Position numbers and translations under genes: made by a program. From contig JBJBDL010000003.1 of assembly GCA_047285305.1 (NCBI GenBank), positions 736,001-800,000 of the forward strand: a stretch of DNA of 64,000 nucleotides, read 5' to 3'. Positions 23,583 through 33,303 of this stretch are shown here, piece after piece. The notes below the pieces were generated by a model. It ran no database searches and was not told where the DNA came from. It saw nothing but the letters and a program-made list of their open reading frames with translations. The stretch's first letter is position 1. Each line of letters starts with the position of its first letter. The DNA is from Synechococcus sp. (lineage in GTDB: Bacteria > Cyanobacteriota > Cyanobacteriia > PCC-6307 > Cyanobiaceae).

Positions 23583-25307
23583 TCAGGCCGCCTTTTTACG
23601 GCGGGCGTCGCGTGCCTTCTGCTTCTCCTTATTAGTCTTTCGCTTGGCCTCCCGTTCTGCAGCAAGTTCTTTCTCCTTGGCGGCTGCCCTTTCCTCCTCT
23701 TTTTTATCGAGGTAATAGTTGTAATCCCCTCGATACATCACGAGCTCTCCGTCCCGCAGTTCCACGATGCGGTTGGCGACGCGGGAGATGAAATAGCGGT
23801 CGTGGGAGACCAGCAGCGCGGCTCCCTCGTAGGCCATCAAGGCGTCCTCGAGCATCTGTTTGGCGGGGATGTCGAGGTGATTGGTGGGCTCATCCAGGAC
23901 CAGCAGATTGCAGGGGGTGAGCAGCATCAGGGCCAGGGCTAGACGGGCTTTCTCTCCGCCACTGAGCTTCCCGACTTCCTTGAACACCGTGTCGTTGCTA
24001 AAGCAGAAACTGCCCAGCAGCGAACGAACCTGGGTCTGGGTCCAGTCGGGAACCGCTCCGTACATCGTGTCGATCACGGTCTTGGATAGATCCAGGGCTT
24101 CGGCCTGGTTCTGTTCGAAGTACCCCGCAATCACGTTGTGCTCCCCAAGCCGGGCACTGCCTTCATCGGGGGTTTCAACCCCCATCACCAGACGCAGCAG
24201 GGTGGACTTGCCCGCACCATTGGGGCCGACGAAGGCAATGCGGTCACCCCGCTCCACCTCCAGTTCAGCCCCCAGGAACAGGATTTTGTCTCCATAGCTG
24301 TGGGTGACGTTGTCGATCAGGGCAACCTGGGCTCCGGAGCGCGGGGCTGGCGGGAACTGAAAACTCGGCCCGGCCACGGATTCGATCGGTGCCTCCACCC
24401 GTTCCACCTTGTCCAGCTGCTTCTCACGGCTTTTGGCCTGGGTGCTGCGGGTGGCACTGGCGCGGAAGCGGTCGATGTAGGCCTGTTGCGTGGCGATCTC
24501 CTTCTGCTGCCGTTCGAAGGCTGCCTGTGTGGACTCCCGCTCCAGTTGTTTCTGTTCCAGGTGAGCGGTGTAGTTGCCGAGGTAGCTGCGGGACACCCCC
24601 CGTTCGGTGGAAACGATCTGATTGCAGACCCTGTCGAGGAAAGTGCGGTCATGGCTGATCACCACAAGGGCTGCGCTCTGCTCCAGCAGGTAGTTCTCCA
24701 GCCACTGGATGGTTGCGACATCCAGATGGTTGGTGGGTTCGTCGAGCAGCAGAAGATCCGGTTCCTGCAGCAGGATTTTTCCCAGGGCGATCCGCATTTG
24801 CCAACCCCCGGAATAGTCCTTCACCTGCAGCTCAGCGCCCTCTGGGGTGAAGCCGATCGTGGGCAGGAGCTTGTCGATGCGGGCATCGAGTTCGTACCCA
24901 TGCAGTGCTTCGAAACGGCTTTGCAGCTTTCCTAGTTCTTGAATCAGCTGGTCCAGATGGTCGGGATCCTCCGCAGCCCGTTCGGAGCCCATCGCCTCTT
25001 CCACCTGCTTCTGCTGGTTCATTACCTCGGCCGCTTCGCCGAAGGCTTGAAACAGTTCCTGGCGCACGGTGCGCTCCAGGTCCACGTCGAATTCCTGCTG
25101 GAGATAAGCGATGCGGGGCTCACCTTGCCGAACCACCAGGCCACTGGTTGGCTCTTCGTGTCCGGCGATCAGACGCATCTGGGTGGACTTGCCGGCGCCG
25201 TTCACCCCCACCAGGCCGATCCTGTCTCCGGGTTTCACCTCCCACGTCACGGCCCGGAGCACTTCCCCGGTGGGGTAAATCTTGCTGACGTTTTCGAGTC
25301 GCAGCAC
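23583..25307 (-). CDS. ABC-F family ATPase
   Basis: Two ABC domains (GxNGAGKS, SGGW and SGGE, LDEPTNHLD), no TM segments. Confidence 0.93.
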   Translation of the reverse strand: MLRLENVSKIYPTGEVLRAVTWEVKPGDRIGLVGVNGAGKSTQMRLIAGHEEPTSGLVVRQGEPRIAYLQQEFDVDLERTVRQELFQAFGEAAEVMNQQKQVEEAMGSERAAEDPDHLDQLIQELGKLQSRFEALHGYELDARIDKLLPTIGFTPEGAELQVKDYSGGWQMRIALGKILLQEPDLLLLDEPTNHLDVATIQWLENYLLEQSAALVVISHDRTFLDRVCNQIVSTERGVSRSYLGNYTAHLEQKQLERESTQAAFERQQKEIATQQAYIDRFRASATRSTQAKSREKQLDKVERVEAPIESVAGPSFQFPPAPRSGAQVALIDNVTHSYGDKILFLGAELEVERGDRIAFVGPNGAGKSTLLRLVMGVETPDEGSARLGEHNVIAGYFEQNQAEALDLSKTVIDTMYGAVPDWTQTQVRSLLGSFCFSNDTVFKEVGKLSGGEKARLALALMLLTPCNLLVLDEPTNHLDIPAKQMLEDALMAYEGAALLVSHDRYFISRVANRIVELRDGELVMYRGDYNYYLDKKEEERAAAKEKELAAEREAKRKTNKEKQKARDARRKKAA

Positions 25308-25376
25308 CGGCGCAAGGCGTGATGCCCCCATCATCCCTGTCGGCAAACTGGTGAAGGTTCCCGGAGGCTGGTCGCC

Positions 25377-25553
25377 ATGCCGAAACTGGAGCAGCTGGCC
25401 GCTCTCGTGGTGGCCGCAGGATTGGCGATTGTGAGTTATTTGCTCTTCTTCAGTTGGGCAGGAGGTGGCGGCTACGAACGCCGTGAGCGCGCTGAGCCCA
25501 AGGCCCTTCTGACGCCCGAAGCTCCCGAACTCACAGACCGCCTCTCGCCTTGA
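25377..25553 (+). CDS. 58-aa single-TM protein (absent from ORF track)
   Basis: GGAGG upstream; manual translation MPKLEQLAALVVAAGLAIVSYLLFFSWAGGGGYERRERAEPKALLTPEAPELTDRLSP. Confidence 0.6.
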   Translation: MPKLEQLAALVVAAGLAIVSYLLFFSWAGGGGYERRERAEPKALLTPEAPELTDRLSP

Positions 25554-25761
25554 TCAGCCAGCGCTTGCTGTCGTCGTCGTCAAGGCTGGCCAGATGGTCG
25601 CGCACTTCCTGGGTCGTGACGGGTAGCCCCAGCTTGTCGCCCAGGCTGCAGATGCTGGCCATCGCGCCGTTGGGATCCTGCAGCGCCTGACGGAACAGGG
25701 CCTGGGTCTGCTCCGGATTGCTGCTGATTCGGGCGTACAGCGATGCGGCGTTGGAAGCCAT
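25531..25761 (-). CDS. Small hypothetical protein
   Basis: 76-aa ORF with typical codon bias, ends in KARGGL. Confidence 0.7.
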   Translation of the reverse strand: MASNAASLYARISSNPEQTQALFRQALQDPNGAMASICSLGDKLGLPVTTQEVRDHLASLDDDDSKRWLIKARGGL

Positions 25762-25808
25762 CGCGATCTGAGCAACTGATCAAAAGCTATTCAGCACCGA
25801 GAGTCTTG

Positions 25809-26108
25809 TCAGGCAGCTTGTTCGATGCCTTCATCGTGCTGCCCCAGGGCCGAGGCGTCCTTCATGCTGCGGGCGTCCATGCAGAGCACCTTGCGCAGTT
25901 GGGCGTAGTTGGCGGCTTGGGTGCTCCGCCCTTCCTGGGAGGCGCCGTATTCGGCCCGTTGCAATACGTGGTGCAGGTGGGTCAGCAGGTAAGTGCTGAT
26001 CACGGCTGACACCAGCACGTCGCTGTTTTCAGCGCTGCGACGGGGGCGTCGGGACCGAGCGCGGGTGCCGGCTGGACTGCGACGGGATCGAGGTGTGGCT
26101 TGGGTCAT
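25809..26108 (-). CDS. Conserved hypothetical protein
   Basis: 99 aa; Arg-rich N-terminus then a helical core; typical codon bias. Confidence 0.7.
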   Translation of the reverse strand: MTQATPRSRRSPAGTRARSRRPRRSAENSDVLVSAVISTYLLTHLHHVLQRAEYGASQEGRSTQAANYAQLRKVLCMDARSMKDASALGQHDEGIEQAA

Positions 26109-26213
26109 GGGGTACTCCGAGGAGGACCAGTGCCCCCACCATAGTCATGGATACTACCCTTGACCATCCCTGTACACTTTTTAGTAGCAGAGCCCCTTCC
26201 AGGGGATCCGGTC

Positions 26214-26507
26214 GTGCCCACCCGTCAGACCTCATCCAGCGGGAAGCCCAAGTCCCCGAGAATCCAGGTGGTTCTGCCTGAGGATCTCTGCGCGCGTCTC
26301 ACGGCGATGGCGGAGCTGGAATCCCGCACGGTGAGCAACATGGCGCGGGTCCTGATCCAGCAAGGTGTGCAACGCCATGAACAGGAGTTGGAGGCGTCCG
26401 CACCTGCGCCGACCCGTGCGGAGCGCCTGCGGTCCGCCCTGGAATCACAGCAGCCCCGCCGTCTGCGGGGCGCCCCCCGGCGCCTGCGCCTGCACCGGCC
26501 CAGTTAG
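26214..26507 (+). CDS. Ribbon-helix-helix (CopG-like) DNA-binding protein
   Basis: RIQVVLPEDLCARLTAMAELESRTVSNMARVLI matches the RHH strand-helix-helix pattern. Confidence 0.8.
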   Translation: MPTRQTSSSGKPKSPRIQVVLPEDLCARLTAMAELESRTVSNMARVLIQQGVQRHEQELEASAPAPTRAERLRSALESQQPRRLRGAPRRLRLHRPS

Positions 26508-27643
26508 GCCGGATTCACCCGAGTGCCGAGCACGGCCTCCCGACAGGCTCCGGTGACAGCTGGCACATTGCCGGGATGCCCCCTGTGGTGCCACCAGGCC
26601 AGCAACGCGAAGACCAGCGCTTCTCGGGCTTCCGTCGGCACCCCCAGACTGCTGCTTTCATCGATCTGTGCGCCTCGGCAGCGCCGCCGCAGCTCATCGA
26701 TCAACACCGGGTTTTGGCTGCCACCTCCGGCTGTGATCAGTTCTATCGGTGCGATTCCAGCGCTCTGGCGCAGACGTGCCAGATCCTGGGCAACCACAGC
26801 GGCGGAAAAAGCCGTCAGGGTGGCGATGGCATCTGCCGCTGAGGCTCCACCGAGCTGATGAAGCCGCCGGTTGAGGTCCTCCTGCCCGAAACACTCCCGT
26901 CCTGTGGATTTCGGTGGTGCCAGCTGGAAGTACTCCTCCTGGAGCCAGCGCTGGATCCAGCCCTCATTCGTATGACCCTGCGCTGCCATCGCTCCACCCT
27001 TGTCGAAGCTTTGGACGCCATTGGTGAACTGGCGCATGCCCAGGTCAATCAGGCTGTTGGCGGGTCCGCAGTCCCAGCCCAAGATCACGGCATGGCGATC
27101 CACTCCACTGCAGGGGGGGATCAGGGTGAGGTTGGCAATGCCGCCCAGGTTCAGTAGTGCCCGCCAGCCCTGCGTGCTTCCCAGCAGGGCCGCATCGGCC
27201 CGAGGCACGAGCGGTGCTCCCTGCCCCCCTAACGTCAGATCAGCAGCGCGGAAGTCATGGACCACGGGCTTTTGCAGCCGATGGGCCAGCAGTGGGGCTT
27301 GCAGCATCTGCCAGCTGCCCCCTAGTGCCCCTTCGGCCGGGGGTCGGTGCCAGACGGTCTGGCCATGGCAGCCGATCAGCTCAGCTTTGGCATCGGGGTC
27401 GCAGGCTAGAGCCGCCTCGGCTTGCACCTCCGTGATGGCTTCCGCCAGCTTCAGCCAGAGGGATACCGGCATCGGTACGCCCTGGCCGGCAGCCACCACC
27501 TGTTGCTGCAGTTCGAGCTGATAGGGCTGATGGTGGTGGTGAAGTAGTGACCACTGAGGACGCTGGGGTGGGCCGTCGAAGCGCGCCAGCACGGCATCAA
27601 CACCGTCAGCGCTGGTTCCGCTCATCAGCCCGAGGCAGTGCAT
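26504..27643 (-). CDS. anmK: Anhydro-N-acetylmuramic acid kinase
   Basis: GLMSGTSADGVD, GCHGQT, GGQGAPLVP, NLGGIAN, PKSTGRE. Confidence 0.95.
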   Translation of the reverse strand: MHCLGLMSGTSADGVDAVLARFDGPPQRPQWSLLHHHHQPYQLELQQQVVAAGQGVPMPVSLWLKLAEAITEVQAEAALACDPDAKAELIGCHGQTVWHRPPAEGALGGSWQMLQAPLLAHRLQKPVVHDFRAADLTLGGQGAPLVPRADAALLGSTQGWRALLNLGGIANLTLIPPCSGVDRHAVILGWDCGPANSLIDLGMRQFTNGVQSFDKGGAMAAQGHTNEGWIQRWLQEEYFQLAPPKSTGRECFGQEDLNRRLHQLGGASAADAIATLTAFSAAVVAQDLARLRQSAGIAPIELITAGGGSQNPVLIDELRRRCRGAQIDESSSLGVPTEAREALVFALLAWWHHRGHPGNVPAVTGACREAVLGTRVNPA

Positions 27644-27647
27644 CGGC

Positions 27648-28352
27648 TCAGTTTTTTGGGAGCCGTTGCAGGTCGTCCACCAGTCCCATCACCACCAGCA
27701 GGTGCCCCTCCTCCAGCACGTGGGATGCCGGGGGGTTCACCATCAGGCTGCTTTGCGGTCCTGCCGCCAGCACGTTCACCCTGAAGTTCTTGCGCAGATT
27801 CAGATCCCGCAGCGAGCGCCCCACAAACGGTTCCGGAACCTTGATCTCCTCGATGCAGTGCTGTTCATCCAGGGCCAGCCGTTCCATCAGGTTGGGGCGC
27901 ACCAGTTCAAGGCCCAGGCGCTCCCCTTGCATGCGCGAGGGAAAGATCACCCGGTCGGCCCCCACCCGCTTCAGCATTTTTTCGTGGAGGTCGCTCGTTG
28001 CCCTCGCGATCACCTGGCGCACACGGCTGCCTTCGCTGTCTTTGGCGATCAAGGTGGCGGTGATGCTGGCCTCGATCGGTTCACTGATAGCCACCACCAC
28101 GGTGCCCATGTCGAGCACGCCGGCTTCCCGCAGGGCCTCTTCGTCGGTGCAGTCCACGACGCGGGCCTCCACGCTGGGCTCCACCTGACGCAGTTCATCC
28201 ACCGCCCGCTCTGAGCGGTCCACGGCCAGCACATCAGCTCCGTTCTGAAGCAGTTCCCGGCAAACGGCGATGCCGAAACGGCCCACGCCGATGATCGCGA
28301 AGCCGAGTCTTTCGCTGCCCTGGGCCGGGCTCCACTGCCACCACTCCTTCAT
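27648..28352 (-). CDS. ktrA: Ktr/Trk potassium uptake NAD-binding subunit
   Basis: IIGVGRFG Rossmann motif; RCK-N and RCK-C domains. Confidence 0.88.
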   Translation of the reverse strand: MKEWWQWSPAQGSERLGFAIIGVGRFGIAVCRELLQNGADVLAVDRSERAVDELRQVEPSVEARVVDCTDEEALREAGVLDMGTVVVAISEPIEASITATLIAKDSEGSRVRQVIARATSDLHEKMLKRVGADRVIFPSRMQGERLGLELVRPNLMERLALDEQHCIEEIKVPEPFVGRSLRDLNLRKNFRVNVLAAGPQSSLMVNPPASHVLEEGHLLVVMGLVDDLQRLPKN

Positions 28353-28376
28353 TGCTACCTCCCCCGCTGATCACGC

Positions 28377-29792
28377 TTAGACATACAGATCCTCGCTGGG
28401 GTAACCGACTCGATTCTGGCGATTCATCTGGAGTTGTTCCTGAGTCATTGCTTCCCAGATCGCACTCACCAGCAACAGGATCCCCAACCGTCCCACAAAC
28501 ATTCCCACCATCAGCACGGCCTGGCCGAAACGGGGGAGTTCAACGGTGACTCCCAGATCCAGGCCCACCGTGGCAAAAGCGGAGATGCAGGTGAACAGCA
28601 TTTCCATAAAGGTGAATGAATCCTTTCCGTTCACATTGCTGGCGATGCTGATCAGCATCGCCATGGCCATCACGAACAGCAGGGATCCCACCGTGATGCC
28701 GACGGCCCTCAGCACCACCTTGTCGCTGATGCTTCTGTTTCGAATCACCACTACCTCCCGGCCTCGAAGGGTGGAACGGGTGGCCGCCATCAAGGCGGCC
28801 ACGGTGGTGGTCTTGATCCCACCACCGGTACCGCCGGGGCTGGCTCCGATGAACATCAGCACCATCAGCAACAGCAAGCTCGATTCAGTGACGGTGTCGA
28901 GCGAGAGCGGAACGGTGCTGAAGCCGGCTGTGCGTGCCGTGACGGATTTGAACAGTGCTGTAAGCCACCGCTCAGACCAGGGCATGCCCGCGAAGATCTC
29001 ACCCTGGTTCAACCATTCCGTAAGGGCCAGACCCCCTGCCCCGAAGACTATCAATAGCAGGGTGGTGCGCAGCACGAGGCGGGAGTGCAGGCTCAGACGC
29101 CGCCGGCTTCGCCGTCTGCGCATCAGCTGCGTGGTCAGATCGCTGGTGACCCGCCACCCCAGGCCGCCGGCCACGATCAGCAGCATCACCACGGCATTCA
29201 CAACCCCATTGCTGCGGTAGCGCTCGAGGCTGTCGTTCCAGAGTCCGAATCCCGCGTTGTTGTAAGCGGAGATGCTGTGGAACACCGCAGCCCAGAGGCG
29301 TTCGCCCTGGTTGGGGATGTCATCAAAGCCGAAGTGATAAAGGATCACAGCCCCCACCAGGATCACCAGCGTCGCCGTCAGGGCAATGCCACGAAACGTG
29401 CGCCCAACGCCCCCAACGCCGAATTCATCCAGGGCCTGCCCCCGATCCAGGCGGCGGCGCAGGGCTGTTCCCTGCACTACAAAGCCCTGAAGAAACGTAG
29501 TGATGGCCATCAAGCCAAGGCCCCCCGCCAGGATCATCAGGGCCAGCACCGCCTGGCCGAAGGTTGTGAGATCGGTGCCGATGTCGATGATCGACAGGCC
29601 CGTCACGGTGATGGCTGATGTGGCCGTGAACAGAGCTTCCCATAGCCCCACGCGGCTTGAGGAGCACAGCGGAGTGGCCAGAAGCAACGTGCCGGTCAGC
29701 ACCACCAGCAATCCAGTCACCACGGTGAACTGGGGAACCGTGAGCCGACGATGCCAGCCCTGGCTGCGTTCGATGGCCCTTCCGATCGGCAC
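28377..29792 (-). CDS. ktrB: Ktr/TrkH potassium uptake membrane subunit
   Basis: Four pore motifs TVTGL, YNNAGF, RTAGF, ATVGL; SPGGTGGGIK. Confidence 0.9.
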   Translation of the reverse strand: MPIGRAIERSQGWHRRLTVPQFTVVTGLLVVLTGTLLLATPLCSSSRVGLWEALFTATSAITVTGLSIIDIGTDLTTFGQAVLALMILAGGLGLMAITTFLQGFVVQGTALRRRLDRGQALDEFGVGGVGRTFRGIALTATLVILVGAVILYHFGFDDIPNQGERLWAAVFHSISAYNNAGFGLWNDSLERYRSNGVVNAVVMLLIVAGGLGWRVTSDLTTQLMRRRRSRRRLSLHSRLVLRTTLLLIVFGAGGLALTEWLNQGEIFAGMPWSERWLTALFKSVTARTAGFSTVPLSLDTVTESSLLLLMVLMFIGASPGGTGGGIKTTTVAALMAATRSTLRGREVVVIRNRSISDKVVLRAVGITVGSLLFVMAMAMLISIASNVNGKDSFTFMEMLFTCISAFATVGLDLGVTVELPRFGQAVLMVGMFVGRLGILLLVSAIWEAMTQEQLQMNRQNRVGYPSEDLYV

Positions 29793-29821
29793 AGGAGCGT
29801 GCGAGATCTGACCAGTGTTGT

Positions 29822-31639
29822 TCAGGATCCGCCGTAATGCCAGAGGATCAGGGCCGGCACGATGATGGTCATGATCAGAGTCAGGCCAATTCCGTAGCGG
29901 GTGACGTCGAGAAAGCGATAACGGCCTGGACCGAACACCATCAAATTGGTCTGGTACCCGACGGGGGTGAGAAAGGACTGACTCGCACCGAACAACACTG
30001 TGATCAGCAAGGCGGTGGGAGACAACTGCAGGGATGGGGCCAGTTGCACCGCGACAGGCGCCAGCAGGGCAACCGAGGCGGCATTGCTCATCACCTGGGT
30101 CAACAGCGTGGTGCCGATGAAGACCACCATCAAAGCGGCATAGCTCGGCCAGCCCGCCAGCCCCTGCTGGAGCACCAGGGCGAGGGCATCGGCGAGGCCC
30201 GTGCTCTGCATGGCAACGCTGAAACTGGTGAGGGATCCCAGCAACAGGATCACGTCCAGCCTGATTGAGCGCTGCAGTTCGCCGAGGCGCAGACAGCCGG
30301 TGACTACCACGCTCACCATGGCCAACAGCACCGCCGCTACCAGGGGAATGGGGGTGAGCGTCGGCAGGAGAAGCATCGCCAGGGCGATGCTGACGGCCAC
30401 GGGCTTGCGCCGCACGGTGGGCAAGTCATCTTCCAGTCGATCCAGCACCAACAGGTCGTTGCTGGCCTGCAGGCCGCGGATGGAGTCGATCGGTGCCTGC
30501 AACAGCAGCACATCGCCCTCTCGCAGGATTACCTGGCCGAGACGTTCCTGAACGGTCTCCTGGCCGCGGCGAAGAGCGAGTACCGTAGCGTTGTGGCGTT
30601 GCCGGAACCGCAATTCCCGCAGGCTGGCGCCGGCCAAGGTGGAACCAGCCGGCAGCAACACTTCCACGGTCTTCTGACCGCTTGACTCTTCGGTGTTGAC
30701 GCTGACCCCGGCGTTCTCCCCTTGAGTTGTGAGCTGAACCGTGTGATCCTGCTGGAGACGCAGCAGATCGGGGCGGGTGACCCGCAGCAGCAGACGATCT
30801 CCTGCTTCAAGACGACGATCCGCCAAGGGGGGCAGCAGCCGCTCTCCACCGCGCTGTAGCTCCAGCACGTCCACGTCGAAACGGCGCTGCAGCCGACTGT
30901 TTAGCAGTGAGCGACCCACCAGCTCCGAGTCGGGGGGGATGCGCACTTCTGTGCAGTAGCTGCTCGTGTTGCTGGTGTTGCCCAAATCATCCGTTGTGGC
31001 ACCACGGTCCGGCAGCAGCACTCTCGGAGCCATCACCAGGTAGATGGCCCCGGCTAGCCAGACCGGTAGGCTGATCAGCGTGAAGCTGAACAGATCGAGT
31101 GAGCCGTAGCCCAGTTGCTCGCTGATGTCGCTCACTAAAAGGTTCACTGAGCTGCCCAGCAGGGTGAGGGTGCCCCCCAGCACGGTGGAAAACGACAAGG
31201 GCAAGAGCACCCGGGATGGCGAAATGCCGCGCCGTTGGCACCAGCCCTCCACCACGGGCAGAAGCGAGGCCACCACGGGGGTGTTGGGAACAATCCCTGA
31301 CACCGGGGCGATCACAAAGGCCATTAGTGCGATCAGACGCCGCGAAGACCGGATCCGTTCTGAGGCGATCAGATCTCTGAGTCGATCCAGAGCACCGCTT
31401 TTGAACAGTGCCGCGGAGACCGGGAACAGGCCCAACAGGGTAATCAGTGCAGGACTGCCGAACCCCGCCAAAGCCTCCTGGGGATTGAGCACCCCGGTGG
31501 CGATCAACAGGCTCAAACTCAGCAACCCGGTGAGCTCCGGTGCAATCAACCCGGTGATGAACAGCACCACTGCCAGAGCCAACACTCCCAGGGTGATCAA
31601 CGCCTGAGGGTTCTGAAGAGCGCTGCTCAGCTCAGCCAT
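29822..31639 (-). CDS. SLC13/DASS family permease with TrkA-C domains
   Basis: TLLGSSVNL, SNAAS, TPVGYQTNLMV; central RCK-C repeats. Confidence 0.88.
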   Translation of the reverse strand: MAELSSALQNPQALITLGVLALAVVLFITGLIAPELTGLLSLSLLIATGVLNPQEALAGFGSPALITLLGLFPVSAALFKSGALDRLRDLIASERIRSSRRLIALMAFVIAPVSGIVPNTPVVASLLPVVEGWCQRRGISPSRVLLPLSFSTVLGGTLTLLGSSVNLLVSDISEQLGYGSLDLFSFTLISLPVWLAGAIYLVMAPRVLLPDRGATTDDLGNTSNTSSYCTEVRIPPDSELVGRSLLNSRLQRRFDVDVLELQRGGERLLPPLADRRLEAGDRLLLRVTRPDLLRLQQDHTVQLTTQGENAGVSVNTEESSGQKTVEVLLPAGSTLAGASLRELRFRQRHNATVLALRRGQETVQERLGQVILREGDVLLLQAPIDSIRGLQASNDLLVLDRLEDDLPTVRRKPVAVSIALAMLLLPTLTPIPLVAAVLLAMVSVVVTGCLRLGELQRSIRLDVILLLGSLTSFSVAMQSTGLADALALVLQQGLAGWPSYAALMVVFIGTTLLTQVMSNAASVALLAPVAVQLAPSLQLSPTALLITVLFGASQSFLTPVGYQTNLMVFGPGRYRFLDVTRYGIGLTLIMTIIVPALILWHYGGS

Positions 31640-33303
31640 GGCGGCGAGTCGCCGGTCGTGAATTGTGGCGATTCTGCCCTGGGATCAAAAAATTGCTCCC
31701 GCAGCCACTGTTTTAGGCCCTGCAGTCCATCCCCCCGCACCGCCGAGAGAAACAGGGCGTCGGGTTCCCGCTGATGAATTATCTCGATCTCAGTTGCTTT
31801 ACAGCGGTCGATCTGATTGGCGATCACACGTCGCAGGGCGGTGCTGCCAAGCTCATCGAGCAGCCGATGCACCGTGTCCAGGTGGCCCTGCCAGTCGGGG
31901 TCAGCAAGGTCGACCACCAGCAGGAGCACATCGGCATCCAGCGCCTCCTCCAGCGTGGCGCGGAAAGCTTCCACCAGTGGGGCGGGGAGATCGCGGATGA
32001 AGCCCACCGTGTCGGTGAGCAGTAACCGTTCGGGGCGTGCCCCAGGGCAGGGAAGGTCGAGTTTGCGGGTGGTGGGGTCCAGGGTTGCGAACAACTTGTT
32101 CTCCGCTAGGACGCAATCACTGGCCCGTTTGCCGCACAAGGCATTGAGCAGGCTTGATTTGCCCGCATTGGTGTAGCCCACAAGCGCCACCCGTGGCAGA
32201 TCACGCCGCTGATCCCGTAAGCGGCTGCGGTGGGATTGAAGTTGGCGTTGATCCCGAAGCAGCCGTTCGATGCGTCGGCTGATGGCCCTTCGGTCTTTTT
32301 CCAACTGTGTTTCCCCTGGGCCGCGCGTGCCGATGCCGCCGCCCTGACGCGACAGGCTGCTGCCCCGTCCCAACAGGCGCGGCAACCGGTAGCGCAGCTG
32401 AGCCAGTTCCACTTGAAGCCGCCCTGCGGCGCTGCCGGCCCGCTGGGCAAAGATGTCGAGGATCAATTCGCTGCGGTCGGAGACCGGGCAGCTGAGCAGC
32501 CGTTCGAGATTGCGGGCCTGCACGGGGGTGAGTTCCCGGTCGGTGATCACCAGGGAGGCCTGGCAGCGGCGGATCTCGAGGGCGGTTTCCTGAAGTTTTC
32601 CGGATCCCCATAGCGTTTGGGGATTGGTTTGGCCACGGCGCTGGCTGGTCCGAGCCACCGGTTCGGCGCCGGCACTGCGCACCAGGCCTTCCAGCTCAGC
32701 CAGATCCCGCTGGTCGCGCTGTTCATCGCCACTGGTGAGCGTGAGCAGAAGCACCCGCTCGTCTCCGGTTGCGGCACTGGTGCTTTGGGGATGGGGTTCG
32801 TCCGGTGTGAGGACGCAAAGATCCCTCAAGTCGCCCTGTTCAAACGGTCTCCAGCCATCGGCTTGAGACGGGTCAGGGATCAAGAGTTCGGCCGGGCGAG
32901 CTCCATCGGCCCCTGGACAGGGTGCAAAGCGCAGCCAGTGTCTAGGAGCGATATCAAGGGCGACCACGGCGTCGCGGGGATCTGAGTGCAGCCCTTTGCG
33001 AGCGAAAGGGCAGCTGATCAGGCGCCATCCCCCGCTGCTCCGCCGCGGCGTCGCCGGCAGATGCTGCAGCAGCGAATCGCTACCGGTGAGAGGCCCCAGC
33101 CAGAGCAGGCGGCAGAGGCCGCGGCCGTCCAGCACCAGATGCAATGCCATCTCCAGATCCAGCACCAGGTCGGCCAAGCGTTCGAGGCTCAGCAGATCGG
33201 CGCCGCTGTCTTCGGGATGACGGCGATGGCTCAACCGCTCCAGCTGCCGTTGCTGGCTGGGGCGCAGACCACGGCAACGCCCGCCTAGGTGGGATTGCTT
33301 CAA
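31627..33303 (-). CDS. hflX: GTPase HflX
   Basis: GGIGTRGPGETQLE, GYTNAGKS, LFATLDPT, DTVGF. Confidence 0.95.
   Translation of the reverse strand: MKQSHLGGRCRGLRPSQQRQLERLSHRRHPEDSGADLLSLERLADLVLDLEMALHLVLDGRGLCRLLWLGPLTGSDSLLQHLPATPRRSSGGWRLISCPFARKGLHSDPRDAVVALDIAPRHWLRFAPCPGADGARPAELLIPDPSQADGWRPFEQGDLRDLCVLTPDEPHPQSTSAATGDERVLLLTLTSGDEQRDQRDLAELEGLVRSAGAEPVARTSQRRGQTNPQTLWGSGKLQETALEIRRCQASLVITDRELTPVQARNLERLLSCPVSDRSELILDIFAQRAGSAAGRLQVELAQLRYRLPRLLGRGSSLSRQGGGIGTRGPGETQLEKDRRAISRRIERLLRDQRQLQSHRSRLRDQRRDLPRVALVGYTNAGKSSLLNALCGKRASDCVLAENKLFATLDPTTRKLDLPCPGARPERLLLTDTVGFIRDLPAPLVEAFRATLEEALDADVLLLVVDLADPDWQGHLDTVHRLLDELGSTALRRVIANQIDRCKATEIEIIHQREPDALFLSAVRGDGLQGLKQWLREQFFDPRAESPQFTTGDSPPWLS

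Noticed and set aside
26214..26507. RHH gene as the antitoxin of a toxin-antitoxin system
   Set aside because: No co-oriented toxin-like gene; the downstream gene is the convergent anmK
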